Shown here: positions 44,411 to 53,851 of the stretch, one piece after another
How positions within the stretch are numbered: the first letter of the stretch is position 1
Layout of the letters: the number at the start of each line of letters is the position of its first letter
DNA from: a virus
Lineage: Duplodnaviria; Caudoviricetes
DNA: 64,000 nucleotides
Strand: one strand, 5' to 3'
IMG/VR virus record: IMGVR_UViG_3300036783_000204
Coordinates: 1-64,000 of that record
Notes under the pieces: generated by a model
The model's database searches: none
Told to the model about the DNA's origin: nothing
Seen by the model: the letters and a program-made list of their open reading frames with translations, nothing else
Made by a program: the position numbers and the translations under genes

Positions 44411-44662
44411 CTACGACTTGCGTGCCCGCTGGTCCTTCGCTGCGTCGGTGAGCAGTTTCTGTTTCCAGGCAAGGAAATCCTGGAGGGGCACGAAGGCCTC
44501 CTTGCCGATTTTCACGGTTCGGAAGTGGCCTTTCTTTCGGTGTCGGTAGAACGTCGCCCGGTGCCAGCCCAGGCCACTGAGCACATCGGCCAGAGACACC
44601 AGGTCCTTATAGACCTCGTCACGGAACCGCTGGGCCCGTGTTTCGTCAGCCGTGGCCAACAC
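44411..44662 (-). CDS. Cro/excisionase-like HTH protein
   Basis: LVSLADVLSGLGWHRATFYR...VKIGK; divergent from repressor. Confidence 0.75.
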   Translation of the reverse strand: MLATADETRAQRFRDEVYKDLVSLADVLSGLGWHRATFYRHRKKGHFRTVKIGKEAFVPLQDFLAWKQKLLTDAAKDQRARKS

Positions 44663-45019
44663 TGCTCACTCCCTTCCGTTTCGGCCCCTCGAAATTCGAA
44701 TAGGCATCGGATACGCGCGTGCGCTCTGCGGGTTGGTTTTCCGACGCTCCGAGTCTCTCGGGGTGCTACGGAGAGACGATGCACGGCGACACGCCCGAGC
44801 GCCAGTGGTAGGCGACAATTTACGGAAATTGCGATATAAGGCGTACCCATCGCGACACGTTTATCCGCTCCGCAATCGCGGCTTACACTCGACCGGGTAG
44901 CGACTCGCCGAACATGCACGGAGCGGTACCGACCCCGGCGCAACACGGCGGCTCGTGCAATGCTGAGGACGCCGACAGCACCGTCCACCCTCGTCCAGCG
45001 CTACCGGGGAGGCACCTGC

Positions 45020-45403
45020 ATGGCCCAGGATGAAGCGACCACGACCGAGCCCTCCGGGCCGCTGAAGAACGTCAGGGCACTGTGCAGGAACAAGGGTGCG
45101 ACCCGCGGAAAGCGCAGGACGATGGCGCGGGACGCGGGGGTCCCCTTGGACACGCTGGAGAAGCTTTTCTCCGACAACAAGGTGCCGAAGGCGGTCCCGA
45201 AGGACCCCGTCCTGAACGACATCGCGGCAGCCCTGGGCTGCTCGTACGACGAGGTGTTCATCGCCTTCAATCTGGACATCCACCCAGAGGCGGAGCGCTG
45301 CATGCGGGAGGCGAGCGACCTGCTCAGGCACTTCTTCGCCTGCGACCGCAGGACCCAGGTGGCTCTGCTGGCGCAGATGCGGAATCTGGCGAGGCGACGC
45401 TGA
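45020..45403 (+). CDS. Putative immunity repressor (XRE-like)
   Basis: MARDAGVPLDTLEKL...DIAAALGCSYDEV; divergent switch geometry. Confidence 0.7.
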   Translation: MAQDEATTTEPSGPLKNVRALCRNKGATRGKRRTMARDAGVPLDTLEKLFSDNKVPKAVPKDPVLNDIAAALGCSYDEVFIAFNLDIHPEAERCMREASDLLRHFFACDRRTQVALLAQMRNLARRR

Positions 45404-45528
45404 CGCGCTGCGCTCGTATGCGTGTTGTGCGATATTCCGTGGTGAATCGAGGTCGCCCTGGGCACTCATGGGTTGCTCACCGACCAGCTACACACTGTTA
45501 CCTGCACCCCGTGAAGGAGTGACGACGT

Positions 45529-45714
45529 GTGGCCAGACGAAGAGTGGAGATCGGAGAGGCTGACCAGGCGAAGGCTGTCGAGGTGACGACTCATCCCGAC
45601 GGCAGTCGCACGGCCCGCCTGAAGCCGATCGACGGAGCACCAGTCCCGATGGTGCTCCTCAGCGGGCAGGACGTGAATGACCTGAACGACGCAATGAACC
45701 CCGACGCGGCCTAA
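45529..45714 (+). CDS. Small hypothetical protein
   Basis: RBS aaggag, GTG. Confidence 0.55.
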   Translation: MARRRVEIGEADQAKAVEVTTHPDGSRTARLKPIDGAPVPMVLLSGQDVNDLNDAMNPDAA

Positions 45715-45726
45715 GCGCGTTTCTCG

Positions 45727-45761
45727 ACGGCCGGTGCCCGCCATCCCCGGGCACCGGCCGT
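45727..45761. terminator. Hairpin between convergent genes
   Basis: 14-bp stem acggccggtgcccg/cgggcaccggccgt. Confidence 0.75.
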
Positions 45762-45768
45762 TCGCGCT

Positions 45769-47100
45769 CTACGCGGCCAGCAGTCCCGCCTCTCCGGCGG
45801 CCTCCAGAAGCCTCTCGATCAGCGCCAACCGCTCCACGGGCACGAAGACCCCCTGAGGCTCCGCGACAGCCTCAGCGACCGGCCCCTGAGCCGCCCGCAC
45901 CATCGCGGCGCGCAGATCCTCGACCTCCACGTCCGGCAGATACCGGTCGGTAATCTTCAGGTCGGCATGGCCGAGCATGCGCTGAATCTGCTTCAGGTCC
46001 GCGCCGGACTTCTTCATCCGGGTCGCCGCGGCATGACGGAGATCGTGGTACCGGGGCTGCTCCCCGCATAGGCCACTCTTCTTGAATGCGACCCTCAAAA
46101 TGCGAGCCGGGTTATTGGGGGCCAGCGGGTTGTTTCGGGAATTCCGAATCACGTAATCCCCGGGCACGTCATTTCCGTGCAATTTCCGCAGGGCCTTCAG
46201 CGCTAGGACAGCATTCGGCGTGAGTGGGACCACGCGCACCGTGCCACCCTTCGTGATAGGGCGCCGGACCATGTCCCGCTCCATCACGTCCTTCACGGTG
46301 ACAACGGGGTGGTCACCGTCGAGGTCGCTGATGCGCAGCCACCGCAGCCCGGCGACTTCCGCGGCTCGCAGGCCGCATTCGTAGCTCAGGACGGCGGCGG
46401 CCTGGAACCAGTCCGGCATGCTCTTGCACAGGACGTCGAAGTCCGCGGGGCTGAGGATCACCGGTTCGACGTTGCGGTACACCTTCACTGACAAGCCGGT
46501 GGTGATGTCGTCCGCGCAGTAGCCCTTGTCCTTGGCGTACCGGATGATCTGCCGGAAGTAGGTGAGCCGGGACTGGCGGGTCGCGGTCGACTTCGGCTCC
46601 ACGCCGTTGTCGCGGTCGCCGCGCTCCTCCTGGGCATCCCAGGTCTCGTAGGTCTGCTTGGTGATGGTCGCCACATCCTCGCCGCCGAATCTGGCCGTGA
46701 GCCCCTTCACGACGGACTTGCGCGTGCTGCGACTCGCGGTGGTGCCGCCCTGGGTGGGCAGCCACTCGTCAACGACCTCGGCGAAGGGGTGCGCCACCGG
46801 CGTCGACACCTTCCGCACCACGTCCACCCCGGCGGCCTCGTAGCCGGAGTCGATGGCGTTCAGGTGAGCCAGCTGGGCCTGTGACGCCTGCCACTCGGTC
46901 TCCCAGGTGCCCCCCGAGCCGGGCTCCGGGTTCTTAACCACGTGGCGGGCCTTCAGGACCGGGTTCCACGCGTAGACCTGCCACCGGCCGCTGGGGAGCT
47001 GACGGGGGGCAGGGATCTCCGATCGGGTGGTCTTCGGCTTCCGACCGGACCGGGTGCGGCGGTTCGACGTCTTGGTGTTGGTGGGGGTCTTTGTCGTCAT
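45769..47100 (-). CDS. int: Tyrosine integrase
   Basis: GLRAAEV, TKGG, YHDLRH, MLGHAD...TDRY; N-terminal arm domain RQLPSGRWQV. Confidence 0.95.
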   Translation of the reverse strand: MTTKTPTNTKTSNRRTRSGRKPKTTRSEIPAPRQLPSGRWQVYAWNPVLKARHVVKNPEPGSGGTWETEWQASQAQLAHLNAIDSGYEAAGVDVVRKVSTPVAHPFAEVVDEWLPTQGGTTASRSTRKSVVKGLTARFGGEDVATITKQTYETWDAQEERGDRDNGVEPKSTATRQSRLTYFRQIIRYAKDKGYCADDITTGLSVKVYRNVEPVILSPADFDVLCKSMPDWFQAAAVLSYECGLRAAEVAGLRWLRISDLDGDHPVVTVKDVMERDMVRRPITKGGTVRVVPLTPNAVLALKALRKLHGNDVPGDYVIRNSRNNPLAPNNPARILRVAFKKSGLCGEQPRYHDLRHAAATRMKKSGADLKQIQRMLGHADLKITDRYLPDVEVEDLRAAMVRAAQGPVAEAVAEPQGVFVPVERLALIERLLEAAGEAGLLAA

Positions 47101-47467
47101 CGCGTGGGCTGCCTTCTCGTGTGCGCACGCGGCGTCCCTTGGGGGGACGCTAGCCGGAAGATCGGCGGGGCTCAACTCGTGCGACTAAGTGCTCGCACGG
47201 TGGGTGTCCGTGCCTGGCCGGAGATCGTCCGTAAGCCTCTGACCTGCACGTACACCCGAGCCGCCGCCGTCTGCCCGACCGTTGCTCCTAAAGTGGCCTT
47301 TATGAGCAACCAGCGTGCTGAGCTGGGGAATCTCGGAGAAGTAGGCTCCCACCTGCGACAACGTGTTGTCAACGTGTCTCGCTGGGTCGCGCTGAGATGA
47401 CACCGAATCGCGCTTTCAGGGGGGTTACTCGCACGCACTCGCACGCCGGAGAGGTCACCTGTCGGCT

Positions 47468-47490
47468 TCGCGTTGGCAACGTGTCGCACG
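47468..47490. promoter_or_regulatory. 23-bp direct repeat copy 1 (operator or arm-site-like)
   Basis: tcgcgttggcaacgtgtcgcacg; 1 mismatch to 48557-48579. Confidence 0.6.
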
Positions 47491-47512
47491 GGCCTCAGGC
47501 GCCCGGTCCCAG

Positions 47513-47710
47513 TCATTCCCATCCGTTGATCAGGCCAATGGCCACCAAGATTCCCCCCGCCGTGATGAACATCGGCACGACCACTCCCCAGGTCGCGTCG
47601 TAGCGGGTGATCTCGGCGCCCTTACGCCACCGCCCGATGGTTACGCCGGTGAACATCAGGCCGGTGGGGATGGCGAAGACGGCGAAGAGGATCTTCACGA
47701 TGTGGATCAC
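47513..47710 (-). CDS. Two-TM small protein
   Basis: Hydrophobic. Confidence 0.55.
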   Translation of the reverse strand: MIHIVKILFAVFAIPTGLMFTGVTIGRWRKGAEITRYDATWGVVVPMFITAGGILVAIGLINGWE

Positions 47711-47786
47711 CGTTTACACCAGCCGCAGAGCATCCGGATACCGGCGGCGGTACTCCACGGGAAGGGCATCGACACGATCCGGGTCA

Positions 47787-48530
47787 TCAGTCGGCGCCGC
47801 CCCGGCACGTGATTTCGGCGCGCTGGAGGGCGAGATCGCGGGGGTTCGGGTAGCGGTGCATCCAGGTGTTGATCTCGATAGCGCCCGCCTCGTCGGAGGA
47901 GTCATGAATGAGCTGCGACTGGATGGCCTTGTAGACGGCCCTGCCGAAGCTGGGCGGCCAGGTGACCTGGCGCATGGCCAGGAGAATCCCCGTCGAGGCA
48001 TCGACGAGGCGCAGGAGTACCGCGAGGTGGCCAGTCTCTCCGGGGTCTGTCACGCCGGGCTCGTAGAACTCGCGCTGACGAACCGCCTGCCAGGTGCCGT
48101 CCGCCCAGTCAATGTCCCTGCCGAACCGGACTCCGAGGACGAGCGCGTGGTCACCTGAGGTCAGCGCGAACTCGGCACGCTCCTTGTGGAAGGCGGCTTC
48201 CTCGGTCTTGCTCGGCTTGTCCACCAGGAACGTGCATTGGATGAGGTCCGGCGTGAGAACCCACTCCACGGTCTCCGGCTTCGGGGTCTCGTAGACCCGG
48301 TCGCCGACCCGCAGAATGTGGCCGCCGTTTGCCTCGGCCTCCGATTCGGGCTTCGCCGTCATACCGGCCGCGACGCCCGCCGCGACCTTCACGTGGTCCG
48401 GGACGTCGTCCTGGCCGCCCACCCAGCACGTTCCACAGGTCTTGCAGACCGCCGACCATGCGCCGGTGTCGTCCCTGACGACGAGGAAGCTTCCTGGGTC
48501 CTGGGGGCACGATTCGTGCAGCGACAGCAT
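47787..48530 (-). CDS. Hypothetical protein with N-terminal Zn ribbon
   Basis: CPQD...CKTCG. Confidence 0.65.
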   Translation of the reverse strand: MLSLHESCPQDPGSFLVVRDDTGAWSAVCKTCGTCWVGGQDDVPDHVKVAAGVAAGMTAKPESEAEANGGHILRVGDRVYETPKPETVEWVLTPDLIQCTFLVDKPSKTEEAAFHKERAEFALTSGDHALVLGVRFGRDIDWADGTWQAVRQREFYEPGVTDPGETGHLAVLLRLVDASTGILLAMRQVTWPPSFGRAVYKAIQSQLIHDSSDEAGAIEINTWMHRYPNPRDLALQRAEITCRGGAD

Positions 48531-48556
48531 CGTCGCATTCTATCGCGTAGTGCACG

Positions 48557-48579
48557 TCGCGTCGGCAACGTGTCGCACG
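48557..48579. promoter_or_regulatory. 23-bp direct repeat copy 2
   Basis: tcgcgtcggcaacgtgtcgcacg. Confidence 0.6.
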
Positions 48580-48628
48580 CGCTCGAAGGGCCCTAGGCTG
48601 AGCCCGAGCACGCAAGCGGGGAGAGGGA

Positions 48629-48934
48629 ATGACGAACGACGACAACCTGGTCAGCGACGCGGAGCTGGACGCTTTCCTGGATGCGGCCGAATCCGAGCTC
48701 GACGCCGCGCTGGGCCTCGCCCTCAACATCAAAGCGGGCCTAGCGGAGATCGTGGCTTCGGCCGCCAAGACTCCAGGCGGCCGAAGTGCCGTGTGCGCCG
48801 GTTGTGGGGCGCCTGGGTACGCAGCGCGACTGAACGTGCCACCGTGCCCCGGGGCCATGGCGGAGTGTCTTGGCGTGCGGGTCCTTGGAGTAGTCGCCGG
48901 ACGCCGGGTCGTTCTGTGTACGCTGATCATGTAA
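48629..48934 (+). CDS. Hypothetical protein
   Basis: RBS gagaggg; CAGC. Confidence 0.5.
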   Translation: MTNDDNLVSDAELDAFLDAAESELDAALGLALNIKAGLAEIVASAAKTPGGRSAVCAGCGAPGYAARLNVPPCPGAMAECLGVRVLGVVAGRRVVLCTLIM

Positions 48935-48937
48935 CGC

Positions 48938-49014
48938 AGCGGGGTGGAGCAGCTCGGTAGCTCACTGGGCTCATAACCCAAAGGTCGCAGGTTCGAATCC
49001 TGTCCCCGCAACAA
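48938..49014 (+). tRNA. tRNA-Met(CAT), initiator type
   Basis: Cloverleaf; CTCATAA loop with 3 G-C pairs; 1:72 mismatch; TTCGAAT; no encoded CCA. Confidence 0.93.
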
Positions 49015-49015
49015 A

Positions 49016-49049
49016 GAACGGCCCGGCGAGTGATCCCGCCGGGCCGTTC
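49016..49049. terminator. Hairpin after tRNA
   Basis: 13-bp stem gaacggcccggcg/cgccgggccgttc. Confidence 0.75.
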
Positions 49050-49052
49050 TTC

Positions 49053-49565
49053 TCATTCAGGATGGCCTGTCGCCTCCACCGTACAAGTCTTCGGCTCGCC
49101 CATCGCCTGCACCGCGTCCATGCCGACGTCGAGAATGGACGCGGTCTCAGCGAGGATCGCGTCGTGGTCGAACGCCATCTTGTTCGTGCCGGGCGCAGCG
49201 GACCTCCATGCGACATCAGCGGCGTCGTCACCGGCGGTCGGCTCCGCGAGGCGACCCAGGATCATGGCGAAGGCGACGCTCACGTACCGGCCACGAGGGT
49301 CGCGCCCTGGTGCATCGAATGCGCCGACCTCCACCAGCTGTTCCTCGGCCACGCAGATGCCGGTCTCCTCGGCCAGTTCACGGGCAGCGGCCTGCCGGGC
49401 AGTCTCGCCGCACTTGACGTGCCCCCCGGGGAGCGCCCAGTGGCCGAGGTAGGGCTCCTTGCCGCGCCTGATCAGAAGGACGCGCACCTCGCCGTCCTCG
49501 TCGGTATGCAGTAGCACGACGTCGGCGACGTAGTGGACCATCTCGCGGTGGTCGTCCTCAGGCAT
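49053..49565 (-). CDS. NUDIX hydrolase (NrtR/ADP-ribose pyrophosphatase-like)
   Basis: WALPGGHV...AAARELAEETG; PGRDPRG; MAFDH. Confidence 0.92.
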   Translation of the reverse strand: MPEDDHREMVHYVADVVLLHTDEDGEVRVLLIRRGKEPYLGHWALPGGHVKCGETARQAAARELAEETGICVAEEQLVEVGAFDAPGRDPRGRYVSVAFAMILGRLAEPTAGDDAADVAWRSAAPGTNKMAFDHDAILAETASILDVGMDAVQAMGEPKTCTVEATGHPE

Positions 49566-49797
49566 CCTCGAATCCCTTCCAGTCCTCGGTCAGCTTCAGC
49601 AGGCGCTCCAGATCGTCGGTGCCGGGATTGATCACGCGGGCCACGACGAACTGGTCCTCCTCGTCGAACTCGACAATGACCTGGCGTTCGCCGCCGTCGC
49701 GCCGCGGAGCACGTAAGTCCAGGCTCCGGCTGGCGGACGGCGCAACCTGCCAGCCGGATTCACGGGCGAGTCGCTCCATCTCCTCGCGCGCGGTCAT
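49558..49797 (-). CDS. Hypothetical protein
   Basis: MTAREEMERL. Confidence 0.55.
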   Translation of the reverse strand: MTAREEMERLARESGWQVAPSASRSLDLRAPRRDGGERQVIVEFDEEDQFVVARVINPGTDDLERLLKLTEDWKGFEDA

Positions 49798-50237
49798 CGG
49801 CTTACCGGCGGCAGGTGCGTGTCCCGGCACGTCTTGCACCACACGTACTGCGGCTGGGGCTCGATGTTCACGATCGTCGCTCTGCATTCTTCAGGGATTC
49901 GGTGAGTGCGTCAGCCATGTCGCGTGCCGTGTCTCGGTCCTGCCCGGCGGGCGTCTCGCGGACACGTCGGCGCCAGTACTCGACGTCGGCACGCAGCCGC
50001 TCAATCCGCTCCTGGTCGCGGTCCACCGGCTTCCAGAGCCAGTCACTCCAGACGTAGAACCCGAGCGTCAGCGGCCACATTAGGCCCAGGAGGAGGGCCA
50101 GGATCGCCGACATCCGCCGATCGAACATGTCGGTCATGTCGAGCATGCCGTCTGGGTTGGCCGCCCACCGGCGAACGAGTGAACGTGCCGCGAACACGGC
50201 AGCGACCACGTGGGCCGTGATGATGATCCAGATCAGC

Positions 50238-50813
50238 TCATGGTCGCCTGCCCGTTTGTCGGTTCTCGTCGGCCTCGGTGGGCTGGTCACATGGGTCGGC
50301 CGGGCGCTCCATCCCCAGCTGGATGGCGTGCCAGATCCGGTATGCCTCGCGGCGGTCGACCTTCGCGAACGCGGAGGCGGCCGAGCTGAAGTGGGTCGTG
50401 GCGTAGGCGTATGCCTCACGGAACGCGGCGAAGCGCGGCTCCTCGGTCCAGTCGGTCGCCACTATCGGGTCGGGGCGGGGCGGCGGCACACGTTTCACTT
50501 CCCGGCAGAAGAAGAGGAACCACTTGGATAGCCCCCTGAGGTCGACGTAGGCGGCGCACATCGCCGGGGGTGCGGCCGGGTCGCCGGTGGTGGTTTCGTG
50601 GCAGATGACGAAGCGGTCGGCCGGTTGGTCAAGGAACTCCTTGACCTCTTCGTCCGTCCACGGCACTGGGCGGCTCTTGCGGAGGAGGCAGGTGCCGCAC
50701 TTCCGCTCCAGGGCGCGGACCGGCCCCATCTCGTCCTCGGATGGGTCGTCGGTCATCTCGCTGGCGGCGTACTCGTTGCCGTAGGCATCGATGCCTACCG
50801 GGATCAACCTCAT
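50238..50813 (-). CDS. Cys/His hypothetical protein
   Basis: CGTC...VICHET...MCA. Confidence 0.6.
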   Translation of the reverse strand: MRLIPVGIDAYGNEYAASEMTDDPSEDEMGPVRALERKCGTCLLRKSRPVPWTDEEVKEFLDQPADRFVICHETTTGDPAAPPAMCAAYVDLRGLSKWFLFFCREVKRVPPPRPDPIVATDWTEEPRFAAFREAYAYATTHFSSAASAFAKVDRREAYRIWHAIQLGMERPADPCDQPTEADENRQTGRRP

Positions 50814-51190
50814 GGCGTGCTCCCGGCAAGGAAGTCTTCCCAGGGCACGTCCAGGTCGTGGACGATGATGACGGGCGGCCCGAGAAGTTCCGCTGTGGCC
50901 ATGGTCTCCCGGCGGTGGCCTGCCAGGGCAGCAGCCTCAGTGGCGTAGCGCCCAGAGATTCGCTCCGTGGCTCCGCCGAACACGATGGTCTCAAACACGA
51001 CCGGCGAGAGGCCGTTCAGACTGTCGCCGTACCACGAGGTCACGACTGCCAGCCTGACGTCACCGGAGCCGATCCCCGACTGCGCGACGCTGACGTAGGA
51101 TCGATCCTTCTTCAGTTCGGCCCACCTATGCACATCGATGGGCTTTCCGTCGCGATCGAAGTAGCCGCTCACGGGCGCATATTCCGTCAT
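50810..51190 (-). CDS. Phage hypothetical protein
   Basis: FETIVFGG...RYATEAAALAGH. Confidence 0.75.
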   Translation of the reverse strand: MTEYAPVSGYFDRDGKPIDVHRWAELKKDRSYVSVAQSGIGSGDVRLAVVTSWYGDSLNGLSPVVFETIVFGGATERISGRYATEAAALAGHRRETMATAELLGPPVIIVHDLDVPWEDFLAGSTP

Positions 51191-51192
51191 CG

Positions 51193-51621
51193 TTAAGCAC
51201 CACGCTTCCGTCGCCGACGCCGCGCAGCCCGGTTCTCCACCGCGCGCTGCATGGCGCCTACGTCGCCTCGGTTCGCCGCCGGAAGGCTGAACGGTTTCAC
51301 GTTGCAGCCTGGTTCCCATCGTTGGCCCATGAGCCGCCAGCGGCAGCCCGACGTGTCGTCCAGCGTGACGGTTCGTCCACACTGGCACCTGACACCCGCG
51401 AGAAGACGTTCTGCCAGGGCAAGTGCGGCAGTACTTGGGGAGCGGTGGTCCTGGACCATGATCCGAGCACCGCGGAATATGGCCTGGGCGTACCAGCCTG
51501 CGTCCTCGACGGGAACATCCTTGTGGGCGAAGCCGATCTTGAACTCGTTGGCGCCGGTTCGCTCCGCCAGGTCGGCGCAGGCCACCACCGCATCGCCGTG
51601 CATATACGGTGCCTCAGTCAT
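51193..51621 (-). CDS. Hypothetical protein
   Basis: GWYAQA; CQCG...CRW. Confidence 0.65.
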   Translation of the reverse strand: MTEAPYMHGDAVVACADLAERTGANEFKIGFAHKDVPVEDAGWYAQAIFRGARIMVQDHRSPSTAALALAERLLAGVRCQCGRTVTLDDTSGCRWRLMGQRWEPGCNVKPFSLPAANRGDVGAMQRAVENRAARRRRRKRGA

Positions 51622-51812
51622 CGTCGCGCCTTCTCCCGAATCTCCTTGACCACCCTGACTACACCGACGACGAGCATTGCAGGGACGAACAGAAGGCACA
51701 GGATGGCGATAGAGCCGACCCACCACCAGTCCGGACCTGTCCCGATGCCGACGCCTGCAACGCCGACAATCAGGAGAGCCGTCGCACGGGCCAGGTAGCC
51801 CTTGGGGCTCAT
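51618..51812 (-). CDS. Two-TM small protein
   Basis: Hydrophobic; ATGA overlap. Confidence 0.6.
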   Translation of the reverse strand: MSPKGYLARATALLIVGVAGVGIGTGPDWWWVGSIAILCLLFVPAMLVVGVVRVVKEIREKARR

Positions 51813-51819
51813 CGGGCGG

Positions 51820-52116
51820 TCACTGCTTCGCCCTCCGCGGCAGGTAGGAGGGGTCGAAGGTCGGCCACGTCTTCTGAAGGTTGTCCTCGCCCATTGCCGT
51901 CAGGGCGAATTCGCCGGTCTTCTGGTCTCGCTCTGCCCATCCGTCGACAACGAGGCGAGCCAGAATTCTCAGCTCGTCATCGTCTGCCTTCCGGCTGTCG
52001 ATCGTGATGTAGGAGGTGGGTTTCGCGGCGAACTCGTCCACGACCAGGCCCGCCTTGACGTAGCCCAGGATGATCGTGGTCGTGACTGGTGGCTGCATGG
52101 CAGGGATGGTAACCAA
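51820..52116 (-). CDS. Hypothetical protein (winged-helix-like)
   Basis: LARLVVDGWAE...FALTAMG. Confidence 0.45.
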   Translation of the reverse strand: MVTIPAMQPPVTTTIILGYVKAGLVVDEFAAKPTSYITIDSRKADDDELRILARLVVDGWAERDQKTGEFALTAMGEDNLQKTWPTFDPSYLPRRAKQ

Positions 52117-52176
52117 CGGCTCCTGACGTGAGAACAGTCACTCGATCGTGACCTGCCGGTACTCTCTTACAACAAG

Positions 52177-52215
52177 GGCAGGCCCCTGGCGTGTAATCGA
52201 CGCCAGGGGCCTGCC
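52177..52215. terminator. 15-bp hairpin
   Basis: ggcaggcccctggcg/cgccaggggcctgcc downstream of DUF397 gene. Confidence 0.75.
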
Positions 52216-52239
52216 TTCCAGAATCAACCAAACGTTCGA

Positions 52240-52449
52240 TTACTGTGCGCCAGGCAACCCACTCTCACGGATCACGCCGACGAAGGCCCGGTAAGCGCCT
52301 GGCGAGACTTCCAGGTGACCCCCATGGGGGTCCTTGTCATCTCGCAGGCCCTTCTGGGAACCCAACAGGTTCACCGACACGCAGGCGTTTTCCGTTCCGC
52401 TGTAACTGCTCTTGAACCAACCACTTGCGACTGCTACGTTGTTTGTCAT
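52240..52449 (-). CDS. DUF397 protein
   Basis: WFKSSYS...NACVSV...RDDKDP. Confidence 0.93.
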   Translation of the reverse strand: MTNNVAVASGWFKSSYSGTENACVSVNLLGSQKGLRDDKDPHGGHLEVSPGAYRAFVGVIRESGLPGAQ

Positions 52450-53321
52450 TTTTCCTTCAGGGCGTCCAGTGCTGCTCCGATCAGCTTCGCTGACTCGTCC
52501 GCGGACAATGCCTTGGCGCGGCTTACGTCCTCGAACGTGTCGTCGAATGCCTGTCCGTCCACCTCATTCTCCACCGTCTCACCTCCGCCCGCGTACTCGC
52601 AGTACGCAACCCCAGGTTCTTCCGGGTCCTTGAAGCGGAGTTTGATCACCGGCCCGGACATCGAAGCCCACGCACCGGCCGCGAACGGCACGATCTGGAT
52701 CGTCACGTTGTCGCGTTTACCCATGTCAAGGAGGTGTCGCAGCTGCTCTCTCATCACCTCCGGTCCGCCAACAACCCTCCGAATGACACCCTCGTCCATG
52801 ATTGAGTGGAGACGGAGAGGGGACGATCCTTCCAGGAGCCGCTGCCTGCTGCGACGTTCGTCGGCGGCACTCTGCTCCCAGCCCTTGCCCCGAATGTGAC
52901 GGCGGCCGGACTCTTGCAACTCGCGGGCATACCGTCCGGTCTGAAGCAGTCCAGATACGGCACACGGGTCCAAACAAAACTCTTCATCGGCGTCAGACTC
53001 ATCGCGCCTGAAGGCCCTGTACTTGACGGGCATGTCGGCAGCGTTCTCCACCGTGGTTGCGCCCTGCTTGGCGAAGTCCCAGAGCAACTCGGCCTCTTTG
53101 CGCTGCGCATCGGTCGCACCGTAGATGCCCAACAGGGCCACGATCGCGCGGTAGTCGGGCAGCGAGTCGCCCCTCTCCAGGCGCGTGATCGTCGTAGGCG
53201 AAGCCTTCAGCTTCCGCGCAACGTCGGCAGGTTGCAGCTCCTTGTCCCCAGGAACCGACAAGCGTAGGGCGGCCATGTAGCGACCCAGCTTCTTCTTGCG
53301 TCGCGTTCTCTCCACCGGCAT
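52446..53321 (-). CDS. XRE-HTH plus DUF5753 regulator (WhiJ/Scr1-like)
   Basis: ITRLERG...VSGLLQTGRYAR...GGPEVMREQLRHL...IQIVPF...ALSADES. Confidence 0.93.
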   Translation of the reverse strand: MPVERTRRKKKLGRYMAALRLSVPGDKELQPADVARKLKASPTTITRLERGDSLPDYRAIVALLGIYGATDAQRKEAELLWDFAKQGATTVENAADMPVKYRAFRRDESDADEEFCLDPCAVSGLLQTGRYARELQESGRRHIRGKGWEQSAADERRSRQRLLEGSSPLRLHSIMDEGVIRRVVGGPEVMREQLRHLLDMGKRDNVTIQIVPFAAGAWASMSGPVIKLRFKDPEEPGVAYCEYAGGGETVENEVDGQAFDDTFEDVSRAKALSADESAKLIGAALDALKEK

Positions 53322-53512
53322 ACGCGCCACTCTAGCGACTCCCTGCAACGCCGTAGTTCACTCGAACGGACTCATCACCGTGCATTCTGCACCTAGTACA
53401 GTGCGTGGTGCCAGTGGGGTCGGTGTACGGAACTCCGATTTCCAGTACACCCGGCCCCGCTGGCCCCCAGAAGTTGGTGAATTACGAGCTTCGAGACAGC
53501 GCGGGGGCGCAG

Positions 53513-53851
53513 ATGAGGACGTTGGCGGACGTACCGGTTGCACTCGGCATCAGCTGCACACTCCTGGGCCTGGCCCTGGGGTACGCGGCGTTCCGTGTCT
53601 GGGACTGGTGGGTGGAGCATCCCGGAGAGCACGCCCCGCCCCGGCGGGGTCGCAGTGTCCGCGACACCAGGGCTCGCCTCAGGGTCAGATGCTCCGTCAC
53701 GCAGTGGCCGGGCCACGCCGAAAACATCATCGCGGCCGCCCGCGCCTTTCCTGGGTCGAACGACGTCGCGCCGAAGGACTGGCCGACGCCTGACCGCATC
53801 CCTGAGCAGTTGCCCCGGCGACACGCGTCAGCGGCGGGAAAGGGCCGGTAG
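53513..53851 (+). CDS. Membrane-anchored hypothetical protein
   Basis: N-terminal TM; divergent from regulator. Confidence 0.5.
   Translation: MRTLADVPVALGISCTLLGLALGYAAFRVWDWWVEHPGEHAPPRRGRSVRDTRARLRVRCSVTQWPGHAENIIAAARAFPGSNDVAPKDWPTPDRIPEQLPRRHASAAGKGR

Noticed and set aside
48938-49014. tRNA as the host integration site (attL/attR)
   Set aside because: Not adjacent to int, no duplicated 3' half seen in the window, and phage-type genes continue on both sides
49868-50241. Membrane protein CDS (IWIIITAHVV...)
   Set aside because: Looks coding, but the coupled ATG at 50241 is out of frame (ATG AGC TGA) and no clear start was found, so it is not listed
52224-52239. Possible LexA box tcaacc-aaac-gttcga
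   Set aside because: Two mismatches in one half-site; could be chance
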